A stretch of DNA of 63,318 bases, the filler included. It is 6 parts of 6 records of this genome, joined end to end, with 100 filler letters (N's around TTAATTAATTAA, not from the genome) between each part and the next. Parts side by side here need not be neighbours in the genome. Positions count along the whole stretch, not along the records: positions 1 to 8,111 come from SRR31156797_13877; positions 8,212 to 15,238 come from SRR31156797_13881; 4 more parts are not named here. One strand, given 5' to 3'. Made by a program: the position numbers and the translations under genes. Below, piece by piece: positions 1 to 11,900 of this stretch (position 1 is its first letter; each line of letters begins with the position of its first letter). Below the pieces are notes generated by a model. It searched no databases and was not told where the DNA came from. It saw only the letters and a program-made list of their open reading frames with translations.

Positions 1-129
1 AAAATTCATCCAACTTCTGAGACCAATAAATTTATCGAACTCAGATTTATGGATAAGAAGCCTAGTTTTTTTAAAAATAAAAACTAATCCATTCAGTTGA
101 GGTAATTGAATTTTTAAAACAAAGAATTT

Positions 130-2178
130 ATGAAAAAGAACTATCTACAAACGCTGTTACAAAACCTACGTTTTTTTAATGAGAAAAAAACTTTATTCAT
201 GTTTGCCATAACTTTAGCAATAGGAATTTTTTCATGTAACACACATAACAAAAATGATCGCTACGCAATTCAACTTGTAGAAAAAACGGCTAAAGTTTCT
301 TCCATCAAAAATATTACTGGCTTTTTTGGGCAAAGAATGGATTTAAACCGGGATATCTATCTTAAGAATTTTCCAATTGATAAGTACGTTGATTTTATTG
401 TAAAAAGAGAACATACAGATTGGAATTGGACACAGGCTGAACAACACGGTAAATGGATTGAATCAGCTTATTTGTCTGCCATACAAAGTGGAGATATGGA
501 ATTACTTTCTAAAGCGCAATCAATTTTAGATCGGATTATAGACTCTCAGGAAGAAAATGGATATGTTGGGGCTACTGCAAAAAGTATTCGCACACCTGAA
601 AGACCAATCAGAGGTATGGATCCATATGAATTGTACTTTGTTTTTCATGCTTTTACTACTGTATTTGAAGAAACAGGAAACGAAAAAGCATTACTTGCTG
701 TTGAAAAACTGGCAGATTATTTCCTTAATCATTTTGGGCCTGAAAAATTAGGATTCTGGCCATCTCACTCAAGATATCCGGAAAATAAGCATAAAAAGCT
801 AGAGGGCACATCTCAATTTGCTGGTCATAGTGTACATTATTGCTGGGAAGGAACCTTATTGGCAGATCCTATAGCTCGTTTATATGAAGTTACCGGTAAG
901 AAAAAATACCTGGACTGGACTAAATGGGTAGTAAACAATATTGATAAGTGGAGTGGTTGGGATTCCTTTGCAAGACTGGATTCTGTTGCCGATGGAACAC
1001 TTGGTGTAGACGAATTACAACCATACGTTCACTCACATACTTTCCATATTAATTTTATGGGCTTTTTAAGACTATATCGTATTACCAGAGATACAACATT
1101 ATTGCGCAAAGTAAAGGGTGCTTGGGATGATATATATAAAAGGCAAATGTATATTACAGGTGGTGTAAGTGTAGCTGAACACTATGAACATGGTTATGTA
1201 AAGCCACTATCAGGCAATATTGTGGAAACTTGTGCAACAATGTCGTGGATGCAACTTACTCAAATGTTGCTCGAATTAACAGGTGATGTAAAATATGCCA
1301 ATGCCATTGAGCGATTAATGATCAACCATGTATTTGCTGCTCAAGATATAGATGAGGGAGTATGCCGATATCACACGGCACCAAACGGTACTAAACCTAA
1401 CGGATTCTTCCATGGCCCGGATTGTTGCACAGCAAGTGGTCACCGCATTATTTCAATGATACCTACGTTTGTATATGCTCAAAATGGAGATAACTTCTAT
1501 ATCAATCAGTTTTTAGCATCCGATTACCAGGATGAGGATTTTCAAGTTACTATTCATACGCAATATCCAGAATCTGAAAACATTGAATTGTTTATAACTT
1601 CAGAAAAGCCTGTGAAAAAAAACATATTTATCAGAATACCTTCCTGGTGTAAAAATCCTGAAGCTTCAATGAATGGAAAAAGAATTAAGGACGTACAATC
1701 AGGATCTTACCTAAAGTTATCTCATAAATGGAAAAAAGGTGATCATATCGAGTTGAAATTCCCTATGGAAGAAAAGTGGATAAAAAGAGAGAACCACAGT
1801 GAATATAGTATCTACTATTTGCCCGGAGGAGAACATATGTATAAAGAAACCCCCACAGACAAGGTTCCATATGCTTTTGTTCGCGGACCAATTGTATATG
1901 CTTTAGATATGGTTTGGAATCCTCAGATTAATGAGAACAAAGTGAATATAGAAAATGATATCAGAATTGATACCTCAGAGAATCCAACCTTAGTAAATAA
2001 ACCTGATAAAGATATGTTAGGGCCTGTTTATGAAACTAAAGCTATATTCAAAGGACATGAGGTAAACCTTACACTAACTCCTTTTTCAAATAATGGTCAG
2101 TGGTATCGAGAAAATGCTCAAAAACCAGAAAAACACTCACAAATTTTTTCGTACGGTATCTGGTTGTATAACAATTAG
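130..2178 (+). CDS. GH127/GH146-family beta-L-arabinofuranosidase-like glycosidase, probable lipoprotein
   Basis: 682 aa ORF with YITGGVS, VETCAT and PDCCTASG motifs (Glu/Cys zinc-cysteine glycosidase site), C-terminal IRIPSW and RGPIVY beta-sandwich motifs, and a hydrophobic segment ending in FSC (lipobox-like). Confidence 0.85.
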   Translation: MKKNYLQTLLQNLRFFNEKKTLFMFAITLAIGIFSCNTHNKNDRYAIQLVEKTAKVSSIKNITGFFGQRMDLNRDIYLKNFPIDKYVDFIVKREHTDWNWTQAEQHGKWIESAYLSAIQSGDMELLSKAQSILDRIIDSQEENGYVGATAKSIRTPERPIRGMDPYELYFVFHAFTTVFEETGNEKALLAVEKLADYFLNHFGPEKLGFWPSHSRYPENKHKKLEGTSQFAGHSVHYCWEGTLLADPIARLYEVTGKKKYLDWTKWVVNNIDKWSGWDSFARLDSVADGTLGVDELQPYVHSHTFHINFMGFLRLYRITRDTTLLRKVKGAWDDIYKRQMYITGGVSVAEHYEHGYVKPLSGNIVETCATMSWMQLTQMLLELTGDVKYANAIERLMINHVFAAQDIDEGVCRYHTAPNGTKPNGFFHGPDCCTASGHRIISMIPTFVYAQNGDNFYINQFLASDYQDEDFQVTIHTQYPESENIELFITSEKPVKKNIFIRIPSWCKNPEASMNGKRIKDVQSGSYLKLSHKWKKGDHIELKFPMEEKWIKRENHSEYSIYYLPGGEHMYKETPTDKVPYAFVRGPIVYALDMVWNPQINENKVNIENDIRIDTSENPTLVNKPDKDMLGPVYETKAIFKGHEVNLTLTPFSNNGQWYRENAQKPEKHSQIFSYGIWLYNN

Positions 2179-2302
2179 ACTTTACATTTTATTATTCAGG
2201 TTTAAAGCTCATTCTTTTACTACATAGATAAAGCATTTCTAATTTATTAACAATAAACAATTTAAAATATCAATTCACTATTAATAAGTAACATTAATTA
2301 TT

Positions 2303-4291
2303 ATGAGAAAAATTCAAATTCTACTTGCCTTATTTACAATTATTCCGTTGCATGCTCAACAGAAAAAAAGTTCAGGTTATCCTATTACACCTGTACCTTT
2401 TACATCGGTTAAAATAACAGATAATTTTTGGGGGCAACGATTAAAAGCAAGTCGTGAAAAAACTATTCCATTAGCATTTAGTAAATGTGAAGAAACTGGA
2501 CGATATGAAAACTTTGTAAAAGCAGCTAATCCTAGTTCTGAATATAAAGTGGGTGGATTATCTTTTGACGATACTGATGTGTACAAAACCATCGAAGGTG
2601 CCAGCTATTCCATGCAAACTTACCCGGATAAAAAACTGGATAAGTACATCGATAGTGTACTAACCATCGTTGCAGCCGCACAGGAAGCGGACGGCTACTT
2701 GTACACTTCCCGCACTATGAATCCGGAACAACCTCACGAATGGGCTGGCTCAAAAAGATGGGAGAAAGTTGAAGACTTAAGTCATGAATTTTATAATCTG
2801 GGTCATATGCTGGAAGGAGCCATTGCGCACTACCAGGCAACAGGCAAAAGAAATTTCCTGGATATTGCCATCAAATATGCGGATTGTGTTGATCGCGAAA
2901 TCGGTGATGCAGCGGGTAAACAAATTAAAGTACCGGGACACCAGATTGCAGAAATGGCATTGGCTAAACTATACGTTTTAACAGGAGAACAAAAGTATCT
3001 TGATCTGGCTAAGTTCTTTTTAGATAAACGCGGCTATACATCTCGCAAAGATGAATACAGTCAGGCACACAAGCCTGTTGTGGAGCAGGACGAGGCTGTA
3101 GGTCATGCTGTGCGTGCTGTATATATGTATTCTGGTATGGCTGATGTAGCAGCACTTACCGGTGATTCAGCCTACATTAAGGCTATTGATAAAATATGGG
3201 AAAATGTAGTTTCTAAGAAACTATATATTACCGGAGGTATTGGTGCCAGACATCATGGTGAAGCTTTTGGCCATAATTATGAATTACCAAACCTGACAGC
3301 ATACAATGAAACCTGTGCCGCCATTGGTAATGTGTATTGGAATCATCGTATGTTTTTACTTCATGGTGATGCCAAGTATTATGATATCGTGGAGCGCACT
3401 TTATACAATGGTTTAATTTCGGGTGTTGCATTAGATGGAGGAACATTCTTCTATCCAAATCCATTAGAATCTGATGGTAAATACAAATTTAATCATGGAT
3501 CGTGTGAGCGTCAGCCTTGGTTTGGATGTGCTTGTTGTCCTTCCAACTTAAGTCGATTTATACCGTCATTACCTGGTTATGTTTATGCTGTAAAAGACAA
3601 TAGTGTTTTTGTAAACTTGTTTATGGGAAATACTTCAGAAGTGGATGTTGAAGGTAAAAAAGTTTCGATAAAACAAACAACAGGATACCCTTGGAATGGA
3701 GACGTACAAATAGAAGTGAATCCAAAGGGAAAAAAGAATATGGCCTTAAAAATCAGAATACCTGGATGGGCACAAAATAGTGTACTTCCTAGCGATCTTT
3801 ACTCATTTGATGACAATAATACAGGTGGTTATAAGGTAACATTAAATGGAAAATCAATTGAAGGCAACCTGGAGAAAGGTTATTTTGTTATCAATCGTAC
3901 CTGGAAAAAAGGTGACAAAGTAGTAATCAACTTTGATATGGAACCTCGTCTTATCAAAGCAAATGAAGCTGTAGAGGCAGATCGTGGCAGAGTTTCTTTT
4001 GAAAGAGGACCTATTGTATATTGTGCTGAATGGCCGGATAATAATTTTGAGATTTCAAGTGTTCTAATTTCTTCAACCCCAAAAGTACAAGTTGTTGAAA
4101 ATCCTGCGTTATTAAATGGTATTGTACAGTTAAAAACAGATGCACAAGCTCTTAATATTAATGAGCAGGGATTTTTAGAAACAAAGAAAGTATCACTTAC
4201 TTTGATTCCTTATTACTCATGGTTACACCGAGGTAGTGGTGATATGTCTGTTTGGCTTCCGCAAAATGTGAGTGCAGTAGAACTGAAATAA
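2303..4291 (+). CDS. GH127 glycoside hydrolase (beta-L-arabinofuranosidase family), secreted
   Basis: 662 aa with signal peptide and FDDTDVYK, HEFYNLGH, VGHAVRA, YNETCAAIG, WFGCACCPSN and RGPIVYCAE motifs. Confidence 0.92.
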   Translation: MRKIQILLALFTIIPLHAQQKKSSGYPITPVPFTSVKITDNFWGQRLKASREKTIPLAFSKCEETGRYENFVKAANPSSEYKVGGLSFDDTDVYKTIEGASYSMQTYPDKKLDKYIDSVLTIVAAAQEADGYLYTSRTMNPEQPHEWAGSKRWEKVEDLSHEFYNLGHMLEGAIAHYQATGKRNFLDIAIKYADCVDREIGDAAGKQIKVPGHQIAEMALAKLYVLTGEQKYLDLAKFFLDKRGYTSRKDEYSQAHKPVVEQDEAVGHAVRAVYMYSGMADVAALTGDSAYIKAIDKIWENVVSKKLYITGGIGARHHGEAFGHNYELPNLTAYNETCAAIGNVYWNHRMFLLHGDAKYYDIVERTLYNGLISGVALDGGTFFYPNPLESDGKYKFNHGSCERQPWFGCACCPSNLSRFIPSLPGYVYAVKDNSVFVNLFMGNTSEVDVEGKKVSIKQTTGYPWNGDVQIEVNPKGKKNMALKIRIPGWAQNSVLPSDLYSFDDNNTGGYKVTLNGKSIEGNLEKGYFVINRTWKKGDKVVINFDMEPRLIKANEAVEADRGRVSFERGPIVYCAEWPDNNFEISSVLISSTPKVQVVENPALLNGIVQLKTDAQALNINEQGFLETKKVSLTLIPYYSWLHRGSGDMSVWLPQNVSAVELK

Positions 4292-4330
4292 CATATCGTT
4301 GCTTATAAAAGTAAATTAATTATAGTTCAT

Positions 4331-4376
4331 AAAGGCTTAACCATATATGCAGAAAGTATTTGGTTAGGCCTTTTTT
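4331..4376 (+). terminator. Intrinsic terminator after the GH127 genes
   Basis: AAAGGCTTAACCA...TGGTTAGGCCTTTTTT stem followed by a T run. Confidence 0.75.
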
Positions 4377-4414
4377 ATGTCATAATGATTATTTTGGCAG
4401 TGTAGAATTTTGAT

Positions 4415-4452
4415 AAAAAAAAGTTCATGAAATTTTAAACTTCATGAACTTT
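4415..4452 (-). terminator. Intrinsic terminator after bfr
   Basis: AAAGTTCATGAA...TTCATGAACTTT inverted repeat with an A run on its left (T run on the minus strand). Confidence 0.7.
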
Positions 4453-4487
4453 AATTAAAACTAAAATAAACCGTTTATTGGGTATGT

Positions 4488-4984
4488 TTACTCCACTGGC
4501 CTCCCCGAAGCAATGCTTTTACTTCTTTCTATTGATTGTAGTGCAAGGTAATTATCCCCAAACTTCTTCATATTTTCCATTTCATCATCAAATTGGTTAT
4601 AGTGCATTTCTTCATCTTCAACCAATGCTTCAAAAAGTTTTTTCGATACCGAATCAGCATTTGCAGAACATTCATTTGCCCATAAATTATAATCTCTAGC
4701 GCTGGATTCTTCCATGGCTGTAGCCATTTCAAGCATCTCTTTTACATCATCCACCTTCTTAACTTTCTCAGATGCTTCCATTTTAACTTCGCCTTTTAAG
4801 AATAAAATACGTTCAGCTAACTGCTCAATATGCATCATTTCTTTAATAGCGGTCATTTTAAACAAACCGGCTAATAAATCATAGCCTTGGTCATCGCAAT
4901 GAAAATGGAAATACATATACTGATGAACCGCATAAAGTTCATCAGCAATGGCTTTGTTTAATAATTCTATACTTTTTCTTTCAT
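4488..4984 (-). pseudogene. bfr: Bacterioferritin with an apparent 1-nt deletion near the start codon
   Basis: Frame reads SIELLNKAIADELYAVHQYMYFHFH...KEMMHIEQLAERILFL...DEEMH (ferroxidase motifs). The ATG at 4984 is out of frame (ATG AAA GAA AAA GTA TAG); one extra A gives MKEKSIELLNK. Confidence 0.8.
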
Positions 4985-4999
4985 TTAATTATTGCTTTG

Positions 5000-7198
<2,199 letters not shown>

Positions 7199-7585
7199 TT
7201 ATATTTTAGATTTGTGTTTTACTGTCGGTACAATGAATGTCATTACAATTACCCCAATAATTCCAAAGGCAATAACAAGCAGTTTAATAGGGATAGTTTC
7301 GATAAAGAAAATGCAGGAAAATGTTATCATGACTGACATTAAACTAATTGCAAAGATTTTTTGCCTTATCAACATTCCTTTGTTGTTGTGATACTGTACA
7401 ATATATGAACCTATCCACTTATTAGAAATTAATTTAGCGTATAATCTGTTTGAACTTTTTAAATATAAAACAGATGTAAGTAACAGAAAAGGTGTTGTAG
7501 GTAATCCTGGCACAACAATTCCAACTAACCCAAGAGTGAGAGAAATAGTGCCAAGTATAATGAATAGTGCTTTTAATACCTGCAT
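7199..7585 (-). CDS. YbaN (DUF454) family inner-membrane protein
   Basis: LGLVGIVVPGLPTTPFLLL signature; 128 aa, hydrophobic. Confidence 0.85.
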   Translation of the reverse strand: MQVLKALFIILGTISLTLGLVGIVVPGLPTTPFLLLTSVLYLKSSNRLYAKLISNKWIGSYIVQYHNNKGMLIRQKIFAISLMSVMITFSCIFFIETIPIKLLVIAFGIIGVIVMTFIVPTVKHKSKI

Positions 7586-8111
7586 TTGTTGATTTATTTT
7601 CCTTGTCTTAACTAAATTTCTTTTAAAGTGAACCTTTACATGATGCAGAAAACAAATCTATTTCATTTATTTTTACACATCATGTCGTTTATCCCATTAA
7701 GTAGGTCGTTCATAGAATAGTGTTATTTCATCTGATGATATGGCTTAATTATTGAAAAGTATGGTGCAACTTAATTACTACAAGTTATTTAAAATTTCTT
7801 TTACATAAAAAAGAAAATCCTGATGCAATATATTGCCTCCTTATGCGAATGGATATCCTTAAAATGATAATATGATACTTAACAATGGGTATTAACCTGA
7901 GTTCGACATAAAATTTCGAATTCAGTTTATTACAAAAGTTTGTTTGAAGATTGTATTTTTGAACCTTAAAATAAATGGAAGTTAAACCCGCAATATGCAT
8001 TACAAAATCTATTGCGCATTAAAATTACTTCAAAACAAGTCACTTTGTTACTTCACTTCAACTCAACATAACGGTGCTATGCTTCGTTTCAGTAAAGTCT
8101 TGTTTTATTGC

Positions 8112-8211
8112 NNNNNNNNNNNNNNNNNNNNNNNNNNNNNNNNNNNNNNNNNNNNTTAATTAATTAANNNNNNNNNNNNNNNNNNNNNNNNNNNNNNNNN
8201 NNNNNNNNNNN
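8112..8211. other. Artificial contig-join spacer
   Basis: N run containing TTAATTAATTAA (stops in all six frames). Confidence 0.98.
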
Positions 8212-8253
8212 CAACGGAATAATCCTTATTGTGAATTGCTTCATAATTGTATG
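8212..8253 (-). ncRNA. tracrRNA, 5' part (truncated by the contig edge)
   Basis: Minus strand reads ATACAATTATGAAGCAATTCACAATAAGGATTATTCCGTTG. This is an anti-repeat to GTTGTGAATTGCTT-type Bacteroidetes II-C repeats followed by the AAGGATTATTCCGTTG segment recalled from Bacteroidetes tracrRNAs, and it lies upstream of and divergent from cas9. Confidence 0.85.
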
Positions 8254-8257
8254 ACTA

Positions 8258-8288
8258 CAAAAATAGAAATAAATATGATTTATACAAG
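8258..8288 (-). promoter_or_regulatory. Bacteroidetes-type promoter for the tracrRNA
   Basis: TATTTTTG (TAnnTTTG, -7 box) at 8265-8258 and TTG (-33) 19 nt upstream. Confidence 0.6.
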
Positions 8289-8390
8289 TGGAGTATTTAC
8301 GAAGAAGTGAGGTGGATTATGATTTGTTTTGTTAATCAATTCTTTTAACTTTAATCATACATTTTTATTAATCTTAAAAATAATCCTAAA

Positions 8391-8777
8391 ATGTCAGTTA
8401 AATTTAAAGTTATTGAAAAAGGCCAGCCTGGTGTTGTGGGTGGTGGCGAAAAAAAGTTTTATGCAAATGCTTCTACAAGCGGAGAATTAACACTGGACAA
8501 ACTTACCAAACGTATTGAGAAAAACAGTACTGTAGGAGGAGCAGATATCAGGGCTGTACTGTATGCTATGGTCGAAACTATGCAAGATGCCATGGAAGAT
8601 GGACAAATTGTTCGTTTAGGTGATTTAGGTAGCTTACGCGTAAGCGTTAGCAGTAATGGGGAAGATACAGCCGAAGATGTTACCGTCAGGTCTATTAAAG
8701 GAGCAAAAACAGTTTTTACACCAGGTAAAAACCTAAAGGCCATGCTTAAAAATTTAACGTACGAAAAGATTTCCTAA
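8391..8777 (+). CDS. Bacteroidetes HU/IHF-related DNA-binding protein
   Basis: 128 aa; MSVKFKVIEKGQPGVVGGGEKKFYA N-terminus, GQIVRLGDLGSLRVS and FTPGKNLK HU-like motifs. Confidence 0.88.
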   Translation: MSVKFKVIEKGQPGVVGGGEKKFYANASTSGELTLDKLTKRIEKNSTVGGADIRAVLYAMVETMQDAMEDGQIVRLGDLGSLRVSVSSNGEDTAEDVTVRSIKGAKTVFTPGKNLKAMLKNLTYEKIS

Positions 8778-8799
8778 AACCGGAAGTTAGATCTCAAAA

Positions 8800-8882
8800 A
8801 AAACGTAGCGTGCTTTTACTCAAAAGCACGCTACGTTTTTACAAAAACCACACGTGTTTTTTTTAAAAGGACGTGTGGTTTT
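8800..8882. repeat. Four phased AAAA-N10-TTTT units forming two inverted-repeat pairs
   Basis: AAAACGTAGCGTGCTTTT (8800), AAAAGCACGCTACGTTTT (8822), AAAACCACACGTGTTTTT (8844), AAAAGGACGTGTGGTTTT (8865). Confidence 0.85.
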
Positions 8883-8944
8883 TGGGTGTTATAAAGTGAG
8901 TTTTGTAAGATATTGAAATATAGTAATATAAATAACCAGGCAAT

Positions 8945-11900
8945 ATGAGAAAAATATTAGGACTGGATTTAGGGACAACATCGATTGGATGGGCTTTTGT
9001 TCATGAAGCAGAGAGTGAAGATGAAGAATCAAAAATTGTTCGCTTAGGGGTAAGAGTAAATCCCCTTTCAACAGATGAACAGCAAGATTTTGAAAAAGGC
9101 AAAAGTATAACCGTTAATGCTGATAGAACTTTAAAACGAGGAGCGCGAAGAAATCTTGACAGGTATCAACAACGAAGAGCAGAACTGATTAGTTTATTAA
9201 AAAAAGCAGGTTTAATAACTGATAATACCATTTTAACAGAAAATGGAAAATTTACTACTCACCAAACGTTACAGTTGCGAGCTAAAGCCGCATCAGATAA
9301 AATAGAGCAAGAAGAATTGGCAAGAGTGTTACTTGCCATCAATAAAAAAAGAGGTTATAAAAGTAGTCGTAAAGCTAAAAGTGAGGATGAAGGGGCTGTA
9401 ATTGATGGTATGGAAGTAGCCATGCAATTATATGAACATAACCTTACCCCGGGGCAGTTTTGTTTACAGTTGTTAGAAAAAGGTAAAAAAGTAATGCCCG
9501 ATTTTTATCGCTCCGACTTAAAAGCAGAGTTCGATAAAATATGGAATTTCCAAAAGGGGCATTACCCTGATGTTTTAACTGATGAGTTGTATAAAGCATT
9601 AGATGGACAAGGCCAACAGAATACACGTAAAAGGTTTTTGGCCATAAAAGATGTTTATACGGCCGATAATAAGGGAACCAGAGACAGTAAAAAGATTACG
9701 GCTTATACCTGGCGAAGCAAAGCGGTAAGAGAAAAATTAGATATGAGTGAGGTAGCCTATGTGCTAACAGAAATAAACAATGATTTGAATAAATCGAGCG
9801 GATATCTAGGGGCTATCAGTGACCGCAGTAAAGAGTTATACTTTAATAAAGAAACAGTTGGTCAGAATCTGTATGGCCAAATTAAAAACAACCCGCATAC
9901 AAGACTTAAAGGTCAGGTGTTTTATCGGCAGGATTATTTGGATGAATTTGAAAGAATTTGGGAAACCCAAAAGCAGTTTCATCCGGAACTGAGCCAGGAG
10001 TTGAAGTCAGCAATTAGAGATACTGTTATTTTTTATCAGCGCAGACTTAAATCGCAAAAGGGACTTATTAGTTTTTGCGAATTGGAGAACAAGCAAATTG
10101 AGTTAGAAATTGAAGGGAAGAAGAAGATAAAAACCATAGGGATGCGGGTAGCTCCAAAATCATCTCCCTTGTTTCAGGAATTTAAAATCTGGCAAATTCT
10201 GGCCAATGTTGAAGCTAAAAATCTAAAATCTAAAGAAATACTTAAGCTTAATCAGGAGCAAAAACAATTGCTTTTTAACGAACTAAACGTAAAAGGTCAT
10301 TTAACCAAAGCACAAGCCTTAAGTATGATAAGCGATAATGCTAAAGAGTGGGATTTAAACTATAAAATACTGGAAGGCAATAAAACCAATCAGGCATTTT
10401 ACGAAACATATCAATCTATTTTGCGACATGAAGGAAATGATGCCATTGACTTTAATAAACTTAAGGTTGCAGAAATAAAAGAAGCAGTTGAAAACATTTT
10501 TAATTCATTAGGTATAAATACAAAAATATTGGATTTTGATGCTGAGTTAGATGGAAAAGCCTTTGAGAACCAACCTTTTTATCAGCTTTGGCATTTATTG
10601 TATTCTTATGAGGGTGATAACTCAAATACAGGTAACGATTCTTTATTTAAGAAGTTAGAGGAGAAATTTGGATTTAAAAAAGAGCATGCACAGTATCTGG
10701 TTAATGTTGATTTGCCAGATGATTATGGAAGTTTGTCAACCAAAGCCATACGTAATATTTTTCCTTATATCAAAGAAAATAACTATAGTGACGCATGTGC
10801 TTTGGCCGGGTATAATCATTCCAATTCAATAACTAAGGAAGAGAACGAAAAAAGGACGTTAAAAGACAGGTTAGAGTTGCTGCCTAAAAATTCATTACGT
10901 AATCCGGTTGTAGAAAAGATTTTAAACCAAATGGTTAATGTTGTAAATGCCATTATCGACGATGAGGAATTAGGTAAGCCCGATGAAATTAGAATAGAGT
11001 TGGCCAGGGAGTTAAAGAAAAATGCGAAAGAAAGGGCTGAAATGACACAAAATATCAATAAGGCCAAAACAGAACATGAAGTTATTCGGAATAAACTAAA
11101 AAAAGAATTCAATATAGCTTATCCAACTCGGAATGATATAATTAGATATAGGTTATATCAGGAATTGAAAAGCGAGGGGTACAAAACGCTTTATACTAAC
11201 CAATATATCTCTCCGGAGCAGCTTTTTTCCAAGGAAATAGATATTGAGCATATCATTCCAAAAGCCCGGTTGTTTGATGATAGTTTCTCAAATAAAACCC
11301 TTGAATTCAGGCAGGCGAATATTGACAAGAGCGATGAAACAGCCTATGATTTTGTTTCTGATAATTATGGAGAAGCGGCATTGGAAACTTACAAAAGCAG
11401 GGTGCAAAATCTGTACAAGCTTAACGAAATTAGCAAGGCTAAATATCAAAAGCTATTAAAAACAAGCGATGAAATAGGGGAGGGTTTTATAGAGCGAGAC
11501 TTGCGCGAAAGTCAATATATTGCTAAAAAGGCAAAGCAAATGTTACTGGAGTTATGTCGCACTGTGGTTTCAACTAGCGGAAGTATTACCGATGTTTTAC
11601 GCGAAGACTGGGGATTGATTAATACGATGAAGGAGCTAAACCTCGAAAAATATAAAATGCTGGGATTAACCGAGATTCATGAAAACAGAGATGGCAAAAA
11701 AATAGAACGCATTAAAGATTGGACAAAACGTAACGATCATCGTCATCACGCTATGGATGCACTTACTGTTGCCTTTACAAAACACAATCATATTCAGTAT
11801 TTAAATAATCTTCATGCCCGAAAGAATGAACAGCACAAAGCGCATGGCAATATAATAGCCATCGAAAAAAAGGAATTGTTTAGAGATGATAACGGGAAAA

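Noticed and set aside
7586-8111. Small ORF 7785-8000 and an attC-like TAACGG remnant near 8069
   Set aside because: No recognisable protein motif; the partner inverted arm is not visible before the contig end.
8800-8882. Mini CRISPR array upstream of cas9
   Set aside because: The period is 22 bp, the cores are inverted copies of each other, and there is no match to the tracrRNA anti-repeat.
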